Part shown: piece by piece, positions 35,437 to 44,584 of the stretch
Layout of the letters: each line of letters opens with the position of its first letter
Numbering within the stretch: the stretch's first letter is position 1
NCBI GenBank assembly: GCA_904502245.1
Contig: CAJGDN010000001.1
Location: forward strand, 1 to 56,729
Reading direction: 5' to 3'
DNA length: 56,729 nt
Source: an uncultured Alphaproteobacteria bacterium
GTDB taxonomy: Bacteria > Pseudomonadota > Alphaproteobacteria > Rs-D84
The notes under the pieces: model-generated
The model's input: the letters and a program-made list of their open reading frames with translations, nothing else
What the model was told of the DNA's origin: nothing
Databases searched by the model: none
Position numbers and translations under genes: made by a program

Positions 35437-37290
35437 TTAAAAAATTGTTTTGATGCGTGTGATTGCATAAATTTCATCGCGTCCGTATGGGTTATCTACG
35501 AATCCAGCGGTTATAAATTTGTATGATGCATTATATTCAATCGCAGGTGTGTCGACCAGGTTAATTTTATGATTAGCATATGTGTATTCACCATTAGTGC
35601 GACGACCGGTCGGTATATTCAGGTACATGTTGCCGGATATAATTGTTTCTGGGGTGCCAATTGATATGCTGAAATCATCAATTTTTGCGCCAAATTTTAC
35701 AGATGCGGTTGTTATGCGTGAAAATCCGTCAATCATGGATTCTGCTGTTGGTGTTGGTCTTGTAAAACCGATGGACGCTTTTTGAAATAGTGTTGTGTCG
35801 CCCATTTTGAATTTGTTGTTAAAGCCAATAAATGTTGTTAACTGTTTTTCAGTTGTTCCCATGAACCCGTTTCCATGCATCAGGTTTGAATTACGAAAAC
35901 CAAATTCTATATTGGCAAAGTTGGCACTGATTGTGTTGTTTGCTGTTAGGTGATCGTATCCAACGCTGCGATTTTTGATGCTGATATTATCATTCATTCG
36001 TGTTTTGAATGCACGACCAAAACTATCGATAAATGCAAAGTTGATGTTTTCTGATTTGATTTTGTGTCCGATTGGACCGCTGATGTGCGCGGTGCGCAGT
36101 GAAACGGTTTCTCCGCTGGCCAATGGTACCAATGTTGTGCCAACAGGACGCGTGGCACGTTCCAGATCCAGCATTCCATGACCATATACCTCATCAATGC
36201 CAGCAACGCCCAGATCGCGTGCTGTTTCAAATAATAATTCTGTGATTTCATTGGACTTCATGTATGGAAATGCTTCGCGAATAACTGCGATGGCAGCAGA
36301 TACAATCGGGGCAGCAAAACTGGTGCCGTCCAGTGGGCTGTTTGTTTTTGGGGAGTCTAGTGCAACGCCTGGTGCAGTTATGCAATAATTTTTTGTGATG
36401 CCACATTGATTACTAAATTCTGCCAAGGCTTCTTTTTCACTGTCCCAGGCAACTACATTCACAAAGTGACCTTGTAATTCATTAAAGTGTAATGGCAGGG
36501 CAGCCAATGCGTTTGATTCGGAATTGTATCCATTGCCGGCCGCCCATACAAATATTGCGTCGTTATCTGATGCGGCGTGCGTTAATGAATTAATAAAATT
36601 TTGACTGGTTATATTTATCAGGTGCTGACGATTACGAATCTGTGTTGCAGATACATTTGTAATTTCCCAACTAAAATTATATATGTTGGCGTTTGATGAT
36701 GTGGCGGTTCTTATTATGTCACCAATCTGATTAAAAGAATAGAATTTTTCGCCGTATTCTGCAACCTGATATGACGTGACGGATGCATTTGGTGCAATCA
36801 GGCCAGATGCTAAATACGCAACATTGCCACCATGCCATGTGTTGCGTCCAAAATCAAAAACAGCAATATTAGAATTGGCGCCGGTATATCCGCGTGCCAA
36901 TGAATATGCCACACGTATGTCGTTGTACTGGCTAGTGTTTCGGATGTATTCAGAATTTGAAAATGCTGATTCTAGTGCGGCTGAATCAACGTCGCCACCA
37001 ACCATTTTATTGTCTGTTGCCATGGTGGGCATCGTGGTGTGCGAAGTGTTGTTGTCAGAAGATGTTAATCCCAATATGGCCGCCGTGCCACCAATCAACG
37101 CAAGTGCACCACCGGTAACAGCGGCAGTGGTACCAAAAGATAATTTATTTTCTGGTGTTGTTTTATGGTTGATACATTTGTCCGGGTTATAGCGACGGTA
37201 AATTTCACTGTCGCAGTCATTTGCCAAGACAGGCATGGCCAATGTCAGGCCACATAAAATGAATGATAAAAATCTGGTCTTGGACTTCAT
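35437..37290 (-). CDS. subtilisin-family (S8) serine protease autotransporter
   Basis: Signal peptide. Asp region IAVFDFG, His HGGNVAY, Ser GTSFAAPIVSAAIAVI. C-terminal beta-barrel of about 250 aa ending in ITRIKTIF. Confidence 0.8.
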   Translation of the reverse strand: MKSKTRFLSFILCGLTLAMPVLANDCDSEIYRRYNPDKCINHKTTPENKLSFGTTAAVTGGALALIGGTAAILGLTSSDNNTSHTTMPTMATDNKMVGGDVDSAALESAFSNSEYIRNTSQYNDIRVAYSLARGYTGANSNIAVFDFGRNTWHGGNVAYLASGLIAPNASVTSYQVAEYGEKFYSFNQIGDIIRTATSSNANIYNFSWEITNVSATQIRNRQHLINITSQNFINSLTHAASDNDAIFVWAAGNGYNSESNALAALPLHFNELQGHFVNVVAWDSEKEALAEFSNQCGITKNYCITAPGVALDSPKTNSPLDGTSFAAPIVSAAIAVIREAFPYMKSNEITELLFETARDLGVAGIDEVYGHGMLDLERATRPVGTTLVPLASGETVSLRTAHISGPIGHKIKSENINFAFIDSFGRAFKTRMNDNISIKNRSVGYDHLTANNTISANFANIEFGFRNSNLMHGNGFMGTTEKQLTTFIGFNNKFKMGDTTLFQKASIGFTRPTPTAESMIDGFSRITTASVKFGAKIDDFSISIGTPETIISGNMYLNIPTGRRTNGEYTYANHKINLVDTPAIEYNASYKFITAGFVDNPYGRDEIYAITRIKTIF

Positions 37291-37420
37291 TTAACCTCGT
37301 GTCTTGTTCGGTGCACTACACGTACACTATAAATATAGTACAAATGAACTCTTTGTCAATGTTTTTGCTAATGAAAGGTTAGATTGATTTAGAGATAAAA
37401 AATAACTATACTTGCAGGGT

Positions 37421-38071
37421 ATGAAGATAGAAACCGTCGGTATTTTAATCGCATTAAGACCGTTTAATGAACGGGACTGTGTCGCACGGATTTTTACCCC
37501 AGATAGTGGTGTGTTGGTTGGCATGTTGCGTGGGGCGTTGGTGGCAAAAAATAATCGCCCGATGGTTGGGCAATACGGTTCGGTTACGTGGGGTGCACGC
37601 TTAGAATCTCAATTGGGCCTTTTTCATTGGGAGGTGGAAAAAAATCTTGCAGGGGCAATGATGATGAATGCAAAATCTTTGTTGGCAATGAATGCGGCGT
37701 TTGATATTTTGACCGCTTTATTGCCAGAGCGTGAAGTGTATCAAAATTTGTATGCAGAAACGTTGGTTTTATTACACCGGTTAAGCGATGGAGATTTTAA
37801 TTCATATCTGGAATGGGAAATCGCATTGTTGCGTGAATTAGGATATGCGCTGGATTTATCTGTGTGTGCGGGATGTGGTTCCAAGAATGATTTGCTGTAT
37901 GTGTCGCCGCGTACGGGGAGGGCTGTGTGTGCGGCTTGTGCAGTGCCGTATGTGGATAAATTGTATAAGTTGCCATTAGGGCCAGCAGTGACAGCCCGAT
38001 TTTTAGAAAGCGTTTGTGTGGGGCAGGGGGTTCAATTCCCAATCGGACGAAAAATGTTAAATTTTGATTGA
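37421..38071 (+). CDS. recO: DNA repair protein RecO
   Basis: ATG at 37421. N-terminal OB domain (GILIALRPFNERDCVARIFT) and C-terminal Cys4 motif CAGCGS...VCAACA. Confidence 0.8.
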   Translation: MKIETVGILIALRPFNERDCVARIFTPDSGVLVGMLRGALVAKNNRPMVGQYGSVTWGARLESQLGLFHWEVEKNLAGAMMMNAKSLLAMNAAFDILTALLPEREVYQNLYAETLVLLHRLSDGDFNSYLEWEIALLRELGYALDLSVCAGCGSKNDLLYVSPRTGRAVCAACAVPYVDKLYKLPLGPAVTARFLESVCVGQGVQFPIGRKMLNFD

Positions 38072-38150
38072 GTTTTGCACATTTATTCCTTGCGATTTTT
38101 TTTTAATTTGCTATTGTAAATCTCGTTCAACATAACAAGGAGAAAAAATC

Positions 38151-38975
38151 ATGACTTGGACAATTTTGGTACTGGTATTAGGTATCGCGTTGTATATGTT
38201 TGGTGGCATGATGCTGAAGCATGATGCAAAAAAACAGGCAGCGGGTGCAAAGTTGGTAAAAAAAGCAATAAAAGTTATTGCTATTATTATGGTAGCAGGC
38301 AGTGTTTGCCGTTTGTATATGCCATATTATTTGACAAGTGTTAATCCTGCAATCATCCAGGAGATGGTTGAATCTATGCAGGAACAGTTGAATGAACAGA
38401 AGAATAAAGCTGTTCGTGAATATGTTCGCAACCATGCAGATGAAATGATTGCAAATGCGCCGGTTTTGGGTAACCCAGAAGCAAAGAAAACAATCTATGT
38501 TTGGACAGCGGCTTCTTGTGGTTATTGCCGTCGTGTACATGGTGAATTGGATTCTGTTTTGGCAGAACGTGATGATGTTCGCGTAGTTATGAAAAACTTT
38601 TCAATTCATGGTGTAATGTCTGATGGTCCAGCACGTGCAATGATTGCTGCAAAGATTCAGGACCCAGCCAAGGCAGCGAAATTCGCAGACATTGTTATGA
38701 CACGTGAATATCGTCCAGAAGGCAAAATTGAAGATCAGGATAAATTGGCAGCAGCTATTGAAAAAAATCTGATGAAATTTGCAGAAGAAGCTGGTCTGGA
38801 TACTGCAAAGTTGAAAGAAGATATGAAGGGATCTGTTGTTGCAGCTGAATTGGTAAATGTTCGTGAATTGGCGAATCGTTTCGAAATTACAGGTACTCCA
38901 TTCTTGATTATCGGTGAAGAAGCGTTCCCAGGCGCAATTCCAGCCGCACAAATCAAGGCAGCGTTGGATAAATAA
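38151..38975 (+). CDS. membrane-anchored DsbA-family thiol:disulfide oxidoreductase
   Basis: N-terminal TM. CGYC active site (TAASCGYCRRVH) and cis-Pro loop ITGTPFLII. Confidence 0.72.
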   Translation: MTWTILVLVLGIALYMFGGMMLKHDAKKQAAGAKLVKKAIKVIAIIMVAGSVCRLYMPYYLTSVNPAIIQEMVESMQEQLNEQKNKAVREYVRNHADEMIANAPVLGNPEAKKTIYVWTAASCGYCRRVHGELDSVLAERDDVRVVMKNFSIHGVMSDGPARAMIAAKIQDPAKAAKFADIVMTREYRPEGKIEDQDKLAAAIEKNLMKFAEEAGLDTAKLKEDMKGSVVAAELVNVRELANRFEITGTPFLIIGEEAFPGAIPAAQIKAALDK

Positions 38976-38997
38976 TTTGGCTGTGATTCTAAATGAA

Positions 38998-39026
38998 AGA
39001 AACGCCCAAGTGGGCGTTTCTTTTTA
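38998..39026. terminator. bidirectional terminator
   Basis: agaaacgccca-ag-tgggcgtttct followed by T-rich sequence. It overlaps the stop of the minus-strand ORF 39024-39299. Confidence 0.75.
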
Positions 39027-39299
39027 TTTTATGTGTTGTATTAATTTTTGAAAAAATTTTTTCTTTTGTTTGTATGCAATTTCTTCTGCGTAATCAATAC
39101 TGATATCTTTATAAACAGGTCTGTTTTGTATCGCATTTATTCTGTCAAATGTTATGTTTATGCAATAATCAGAAATAGGTTGATTATTGCTTATTGCATT
39201 GTATATGCGTTTGCAACGATATTCTTCAATTGCATAAAATCCAGGTGTGTGTTCGTTATTCATAGTCGCTGATTTTATATTAAAAAAACTATTTGTCAA
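39024..39299 (-). CDS. hypothetical protein (91 aa or 79 aa from the internal Met)
   Basis: ORF with terminator. [34 protein letters not shown]... No family recognised. Confidence 0.35.
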   Translation of the reverse strand: MTNSFFNIKSATMNNEHTPGFYAIEEYRCKRIYNAISNNQPISDYCINITFDRINAIQNRPVYKDISIDYAEEIAYKQKKKFFQKLIQHIK

Positions 39300-39360
39300 A
39301 TATTGTATTTTAGTTGTTTTTATCTATATATATGATAAATTCGCGAATCGGGTTTTAATA

Positions 39361-39369
39361 TGGTATAAT
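39361..39369 (+). promoter_or_regulatory. extended -10 element TGgTATAAT upstream of clpP
   Basis: TGGTATAAT at 39361-39369, 28 nt upstream of the clpP ATG. Confidence 0.4.
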
Positions 39370-39396
39370 TTCACAGATACTAAAAGGATTTTTATT

Positions 39397-39984
39397 ATGG
39401 CACTGATACCAATGGTTATAGAAGAATCGCCACGTGGTGAACGTTCATTTGATATTTATTCACGTTTGTTGCGCGACAGAATTATTATGGTTAATGGTCA
39501 GATTGAACCAACAATGGCAAACAGTATTGTGGCACAATTGTTGTTCTTGGAATCTGAAAACCCAAATGCTGATATTTCAATGTATATTAATTCCCCGGGT
39601 GGTGATGTTTCAGCGGGTTGGGCAATTATGGATACAATGCAGTATATCAAGGCACCTGTTTCAACAATTGGTATGGGATTGGTTGCATCAATGGGGTCTG
39701 TGTTGTTGGCGGCTGGTGAAAAAGGAAAACGCTTCGTTTTGCCAAATACTCAAATTATGATTCATCAACCATTGGCTGGGGCCGAGGGGCAAATTACTGA
39801 TATGGAAATTCGTTTAACGCAATATCAGAAAAATAAAAAAACATTAATCAAACAGATGTCGGAATTTACAGGTAAAAAAGAAAAAGAATTGTTTGATGCA
39901 ATGGAGCGTGATAATTGGATGTGTCCGTGCGAGGCCAAAGATTTTGGCCTGATTGATGGTATTTTGGAACGTAAATGCAATTAA
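39397..39984 (+). CDS. clpP: ATP-dependent Clp protease proteolytic subunit
   Basis: ATG at 39397 after [37 protein letters not shown] (Ser), MIHQPL (His), ERDNWM (Asp). Confidence 0.93.
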   Translation: MALIPMVIEESPRGERSFDIYSRLLRDRIIMVNGQIEPTMANSIVAQLLFLESENPNADISMYINSPGGDVSAGWAIMDTMQYIKAPVSTIGMGLVASMGSVLLAAGEKGKRFVLPNTQIMIHQPLAGAEGQITDMEIRLTQYQKNKKTLIKQMSEFTGKKEKELFDAMERDNWMCPCEAKDFGLIDGILERKCN

Positions 39985-40007
39985 TTATCCAATGTTGAGG
40001 ATGTGAT

Positions 40008-41270
40008 ATGAGTGATGATAAAACACCAAATACAGAAAATAATAATCAGCAGTTTTGCAGTTTTTGTGGCAAGGCTGTATATGAAGTAAAGAAATTGGTC
40101 AGTGGACGTAATGTTTGTATTTGTGACGAATGTATCAATCTGTGTAATGATATTATGGCGGATGATAATCGTCGCGAGGTTAGCAAAGATGCAGCAAAAT
40201 TACCAACGCCATCACAAATTTACAATTTCTTGAATGAATATATTATTGGACAGGACACGGCAAAGCGTACCCTGGCGGTGGCGGTTTATAATCACTATAA
40301 GCGTCATAATGTCGCGGTAAATTCAAATGTTGAAATACAGAAGTCTAATGTTTTGTTGATCGGATCGACTGGTACCGGTAAGACATTATTTGCACAAACA
40401 TTGGCGCGTATTTTAGATGTACCGTTTGCAATTGCAGATGCAACCACTTTGACCGAGGCTGGATACGTTGGCGATGATGTTGAAAGTGTTCTGACACGAT
40501 TGTTACAGAATGCGAATTTTGATGTTGAGCGCGCCGGACGTGGAATTATTTATATTGATGAAATTGATAAGATTTCACGTAAATCTGAAAATCCGTCTTT
40601 AACACGTGATGTTTCAGGTGAAGGGGTTCAGCAGGCATTATTGAAATTAATTGAAGGCACAGTTGCAAATGTCCCAGCAGGTGGGGCAGGTCGCAAACAT
40701 CCGGGCGAGGCAACAGTACAATTGGATACCAGCAAGATTTTATTTATTTGTGGTGGGGCATTCGATGGTTTGAGCAAGATTATCGGTAATCGCACCAGTG
40801 AAAGACGCGGTATTGGTTTTGGGGCCTATGTTGAATCCAAGGAAGAACGTAACGCAAAGAATTTCTTGAAAGATGTTGAACCAGAAGATTTGGTGAAGTT
40901 CGGTATCATTCCAGAATTAATTGGTCGTTTGCCAGTAATTACAACACTGGATGCGTTGGATGAAGATGCGTTGGTCAAAATTTTGACGGAACCAAAGAAT
41001 GCAATTGTAAAGCAGTTTGCTGCAATGATGGAAATGGATGATGTGAAATTAAATATCACAGAAGATGGATTGCGTGAAATTGCGAAAATGGCGGTTGCGC
41101 GCAAAACAGGGGCACGTGGATTGCGCAGCATTTTGGAAAAAATTCTGATGCAACCTATGTTTGATGCACCGGACAAGGAAGATTTGGCAGAGATTATAAT
41201 TGATGCAGATGTTGTATTAGGGAATAAAGCACCAATTGAGGTGTTGAAGGATGCAAAGAAGGCCGCATAA
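40008..41270 (+). CDS. clpX: ATP-dependent Clp protease ATP-binding subunit ClpX
   Basis: Zinc-binding domain CSFCGK...[10 protein letters not shown], Walker [28 protein letters not shown]. Confidence 0.95.
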   Translation: MSDDKTPNTENNNQQFCSFCGKAVYEVKKLVSGRNVCICDECINLCNDIMADDNRREVSKDAAKLPTPSQIYNFLNEYIIGQDTAKRTLAVAVYNHYKRHNVAVNSNVEIQKSNVLLIGSTGTGKTLFAQTLARILDVPFAIADATTLTEAGYVGDDVESVLTRLLQNANFDVERAGRGIIYIDEIDKISRKSENPSLTRDVSGEGVQQALLKLIEGTVANVPAGGAGRKHPGEATVQLDTSKILFICGGAFDGLSKIIGNRTSERRGIGFGAYVESKEERNAKNFLKDVEPEDLVKFGIIPELIGRLPVITTLDALDEDALVKILTEPKNAIVKQFAAMMEMDDVKLNITEDGLREIAKMAVARKTGARGLRSILEKILMQPMFDAPDKEDLAEIIIDADVVLGNKAPIEVLKDAKKAA

Positions 41271-41275
41271 AATAA

Positions 41276-41293
41276 ACCGCCCATTTGGGCGGT
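41276..41293 (+). terminator. clpX hairpin (weak T-run)
   Basis: accgccca-tt-tgggcggt followed by tataatttt. Confidence 0.45.
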
Positions 41294-41374
41294 TATAATT
41301 TTGATTAATTTCCTGGTTATTTTTTTTGATTAATGTATTATGATATTTGTATATAAAAAAATAAGGAGAATGAT

Positions 41375-41776
41375 ATGAAAAAATTATCTTGTTTTATGTT
41401 ATTGGGTGTTTTGTTTGCAGATGCGGCAATTGCGGATTTTGTTGAGCCAGCCCCAGTGGAAAAACAGGTAGTTGCAGAAACTGCTGTAAATACCAAAGGT
41501 GGTTTTGTCGGTGGAAATGAAACAATTGTTACAGTCAAACAAGTAAATGAAATGCGTGATGATGTGCCAGTTGTTGTTCAGGGGCACATTGTTCAGCGTA
41601 TGGGCCATGAAAAATATTTGTTTGAAGACGCAACAGGATCAATTACGGTTGAGATTGATGATGACGAATGGCGTGGCCAGACGATTATGCCGACAGATTC
41701 AGTGAAATTGTATGGCGAGGTTGATCGTGGAATCTTTAAAACAGAAATAGATGTGGATCGTGTTGAAAAAATATAG
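41375..41776 (+). CDS. YgiW/YdeI-family periplasmic OB-fold (BOF) stress protein
   Basis: Signal peptide. TVKQVNEMRDDVPVVVQGHIVQRMGHEKYLFEDATGSITVEIDDDEWRGQTIMPTDSVKLYGEVDRGIFKTEIDVDRVEKI parallels E. coli YgiW. Confidence 0.75.
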   Translation: MKKLSCFMLLGVLFADAAIADFVEPAPVEKQVVAETAVNTKGGFVGGNETIVTVKQVNEMRDDVPVVVQGHIVQRMGHEKYLFEDATGSITVEIDDDEWRGQTIMPTDSVKLYGEVDRGIFKTEIDVDRVEKI

Positions 41777-41780
41777 AAAT

Positions 41781-41806
41781 AATCCCCACGATGGTGGGGA
41801 TTTTTA
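41781..41806 (+). terminator. intrinsic terminator
   Basis: aatccccac-gatg-gtggggatt followed by T-rich sequence. Confidence 0.7.
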
Positions 41807-41832
41807 ATAAATATTATATTTAATAATAATAG

Positions 41833-41859
41833 TTGACAAAACAATAAAAATGTATTAAT
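41833..41859 (+). promoter_or_regulatory. candidate promoter TTGACA ... TGtATTAAT
   Basis: TTGACA at 41833-41838. TG at 41851-41852 and ATTAAT at 41854-41859 (15-nt spacer). It lies 32 nt upstream of the small Cys-rich ORF. Confidence 0.35.
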
Positions 41860-41890
41860 GTTGTGCTGACAAATAAAAAAGGATTTAATT

Positions 41891-42142
41891 ATGTCAGTAT
41901 GTGATATTTGTGCACATTGTGATAAACTACAGGGTAGAAAGTGCACTTTTTCTGGTAATTGTGTGGTTAATACATACAATTTGCGTGGCAATGGTACATT
42001 GGAAGCATTTATTAATCCAAAGACCGAAGAGTTTTATACAGAAGAAGCAGTTGCAGCAGATGATGTTGTGATTGATTCTAACTTTAATCCATTCCAGCGT
42101 GGTAATGGATGTATGTTGGCGGATTTGATTAAGACACGCTAA
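41891..42142 (+). CDS. small protein (83 aa) with N-terminal Cys cluster CxxCxxC-x7-C-x5-C; possible rSAM substrate or partner
   Basis: ATG at 41891 after AAGGA. MSVCDICAHCDKLQGRKCTFSGNCVV... The RGNG motif occurs twice (res 32-35 and 70-73) and there is a sixth Cys at 74. Confidence 0.5.
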   Translation: MSVCDICAHCDKLQGRKCTFSGNCVVNTYNLRGNGTLEAFINPKTEEFYTEEAVAADDVVIDSNFNPFQRGNGCMLADLIKTR

Positions 42143-42162
42143 ATTTAAATTGTATTTATTTA

Positions 42163-42188
42163 AATTCCCCTGTACAGGGGAATTTTTC
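42163..42188 (+). terminator. intrinsic terminator/attenuator between the small ORF and the radical SAM gene
   Basis: Perfect palindrome aattcccctgt/acaggggaatt followed by ttttt. Confidence 0.7.
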
Positions 42189-42233
42189 TATATTATCCTG
42201 GATAGCTGGACTTTTAAAAGGAATATAAAAATT

Positions 42234-43301
42234 ATGTCTAATGATTTTAGGTTTGATAAAGATTTTTCTAGGTCTGTTTCAAATGTGCTAAATAATACGC
42301 AAGATTATGATCTTGATTTGCAATTTTATATGACAAATCATTGTAATTTGTCGTGCCCAGGCTGTTATATGCATGCAAATCCGAAGTTGTCACGTAATAT
42401 TATTACATCAGGAGATGTGGATTTTTATTTAAATGAATTTTCTACTGTGCCTGGATTCTATGAAACAGTGGTTTTTACTGGTGGCGAGATTTTTAATGAG
42501 GCACTGATAAATCTGGAAGGAAGTGCGCATAATGTTTTAGATCGTGGATGGCATTTGCAGTTGAAAACAAATGGTTCATGGGTTGCAAAGCCAGAATTAC
42601 GTAATTCTGTACTGCGTATGTTAGATCGATTACAACCAGGACGTGGTATGTTGGCCAGCCAAGAAGAAATGGAAAAATTTTTGTCATGCTTTCCAAAAAG
42701 ATTTCTAAGGTTATTGGGGCGTGATAATGTGAAAAAATTATTGTTTAAATTTATGCCAACTGCATCTTTATTGGATTTGGCGGTATCCGTTGATGATAAA
42801 TTGCATCCTGTGCAATCAGCGGATTGGTTTGCAGATATTGCAAATATGCTGTCGTATGATAAGGATTTGAGAAATAAAATAAATTTAAAAACGTTTACTT
42901 TATATGATTCTTATGATTTTTTTGTAAACCATGTCTTAAAAAATCCAAAGATTAAATCAGCGGTTAAGAATGTTAAATCACATCCAGAATCGGGTTGTAT
43001 GACATATACCGTTAACGGTAAAATGGTTGAATCTTTCTTTGGCGATTTTGTTGATACTGCCAAAGTACCCGAATTTAAAAAGATATCTGAATTTGTTTTG
43101 CCATCAGTTGATGGTGATACAAAGGGACGATTGGTGTACTGTTTCCATCCAGATAGAACGGTTGGTTTGGATTCGTGTTATTTGGAAACGGTTGGGCGCG
43201 TGCCATATATTGATGAAAATGGAAAGCGCAAGACGTTCGCACAAATAAACGAAGATATTCAGAAAAAATTGATTCAGGATTATCATCAGGCAACAAAATA
43301 A
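42234..43301 (+). CDS. radical SAM enzyme, subfamily not recognised
   Basis: ATG at 42234 (MSNDFRFDKDF). CxxxCxxC in YMTNHCNLSCPGCYM and a GGE motif in VVFTGGEIF. 355 aa. No obvious SPASM twin-cluster Cys pattern (3 Cys in the last ~100 aa). Confidence 0.8.
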   Translation: MSNDFRFDKDFSRSVSNVLNNTQDYDLDLQFYMTNHCNLSCPGCYMHANPKLSRNIITSGDVDFYLNEFSTVPGFYETVVFTGGEIFNEALINLEGSAHNVLDRGWHLQLKTNGSWVAKPELRNSVLRMLDRLQPGRGMLASQEEMEKFLSCFPKRFLRLLGRDNVKKLLFKFMPTASLLDLAVSVDDKLHPVQSADWFADIANMLSYDKDLRNKINLKTFTLYDSYDFFVNHVLKNPKIKSAVKNVKSHPESGCMTYTVNGKMVESFFGDFVDTAKVPEFKKISEFVLPSVDGDTKGRLVYCFHPDRTVGLDSCYLETVGRVPYIDENGKRKTFAQINEDIQKKLIQDYHQATK

Positions 43302-43320
43302 TTTGTTGCGTTCCCTTGCA

Positions 43321-43350
43321 TAGCACGCGTTTGCGTGCTATTATTTTTTT
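43321..43350 (+). terminator. intrinsic terminator of the radical SAM gene
   Basis: tagcacgc-gttt-gcgtgcta followed by ttattttttt. Confidence 0.75.
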
Positions 43351-43369
43351 GATAAAAAAGGTGTGTTTT

Positions 43370-44584
43370 ATGCAGAACGAATTATTACAGGAATTACAGG
43401 CACGTGGCTTTATTAATCAGACATCAAATATTGACGGTTTGAATGATGCATTGAATGCAGGGAAAATTACGGCGTATTTGGGGTCTGACCCAACGGCAGA
43501 TTCATTACATGTTGGGCATTTGGTACCGGTTATGATGATGCGTTGGCTGCAGAAATATGGACATAAACCAATCACATTGGTGGGGGGCGCAACAGGACGT
43601 ATTGGTGATCCGTCTGGGCGCGATTCAGGACGACCAATGATGACTGAAGAGATATTGGCAAAAAATGTTGCGGGGTTGAAAAAGTCTTTCTCGAAATTCT
43701 TTAAGTTTGGTGATGGGGAATCTGATGCGGTTATGGTGGATAATTATGATTGGATGAAGAATTACAGTCATTTGGATTTCCTGCGTGATTTCGGGACTGA
43801 TTTTACTGTTCCGCGTATGCTGTCAATGGATTCGGTAAAGCGCAGATTGGATAATGGAATGACGTTCTTGGAATTTAATTATATGACATTCCAGGCAGTT
43901 GATTTTTTAACCCTGTATCGTGAACATAATTGTATTTTGCAGACATGTGGTGCAGACCAGTGGGGAAATGCAATCATGGGAATCGAATTAATTCGTAAAA
44001 AATTAGGCAAGGAAGCGTTTGTTTTGTCAACGTCTTTGATTACAGATGCGAATGGTAATAAAATTGGAAAGTCTGCCGGTAATGCTGTGTGGGTGAATGA
44101 AGATAAGACAACGCCGTATGAATACTATCAGTATTTCCGCAATATCCCAGATGATTTAGTAGAAAAATTTTTGAAAATCTTTACTGAAATCCCATTGGAT
44201 GAAATTGCACGTTTGTCTGCGTTGCAGGGGGCGGAATTAAATCAGGCTAAAAAAGTGTTGGCTTTTGCGGCAACAGAAATTGCACATGGACATGATGCCG
44301 CTGTTGCAGCCGAAGAAGCGGCAAACGCGTTGTTCGCAGGTGGGGCGAATATGGATAATGTGCCAAGTACAGAAATTGAAATGTTGGGTGAAATGCCGAT
44401 TTTGGATTTCTTGGTCGCAACGGGATTGTTCCCATCAAAGTCTGAGGCACGTCGTATGGTAGAACAGGGTGGAATCCAGATTGATGGTAATAAAATTACA
44501 GATGTACGTCATGTTGTCGTGGCTGCAGATGAATTTATGGTGCAAAAAGGCAAAAAGACTTTCTTGAAAGTTAAAAAGAAATAA
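43370..44584 (+). CDS. tyrS: tyrosine--tRNA ligase
   Basis: ATG at 43370 (MQNELLQELQARGFINQ). HIGH motif as SLHVGHL, KMSKS motif as KIGKS, C-terminal S4 domain. The ORF-track start at 43316 would include the upstream terminator. Confidence 0.93.
   Translation: MQNELLQELQARGFINQTSNIDGLNDALNAGKITAYLGSDPTADSLHVGHLVPVMMMRWLQKYGHKPITLVGGATGRIGDPSGRDSGRPMMTEEILAKNVAGLKKSFSKFFKFGDGESDAVMVDNYDWMKNYSHLDFLRDFGTDFTVPRMLSMDSVKRRLDNGMTFLEFNYMTFQAVDFLTLYREHNCILQTCGADQWGNAIMGIELIRKKLGKEAFVLSTSLITDANGNKIGKSAGNAVWVNEDKTTPYEYYQYFRNIPDDLVEKFLKIFTEIPLDEIARLSALQGAELNQAKKVLAFAATEIAHGHDAAVAAEEAANALFAGGANMDNVPSTEIEMLGEMPILDFLVATGLFPSKSEARRMVEQGGIQIDGNKITDVRHVVVAADEFMVQKGKKTFLKVKKK

Noticed and set aside
39247-39396. 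Upstream 50-codon extension of clpP in the ORF track
   Set aside because: The extension covers the TGgTATAAT promoter element and the AAAAGGA SD. Homology to ClpP begins at the ATG at 39397.
43316-43369. Upstream extension of tyrS
   Set aside because: The extension contains the terminator hairpin of the radical SAM gene (43321-43350). TyrS homology starts at the ATG at 43370.
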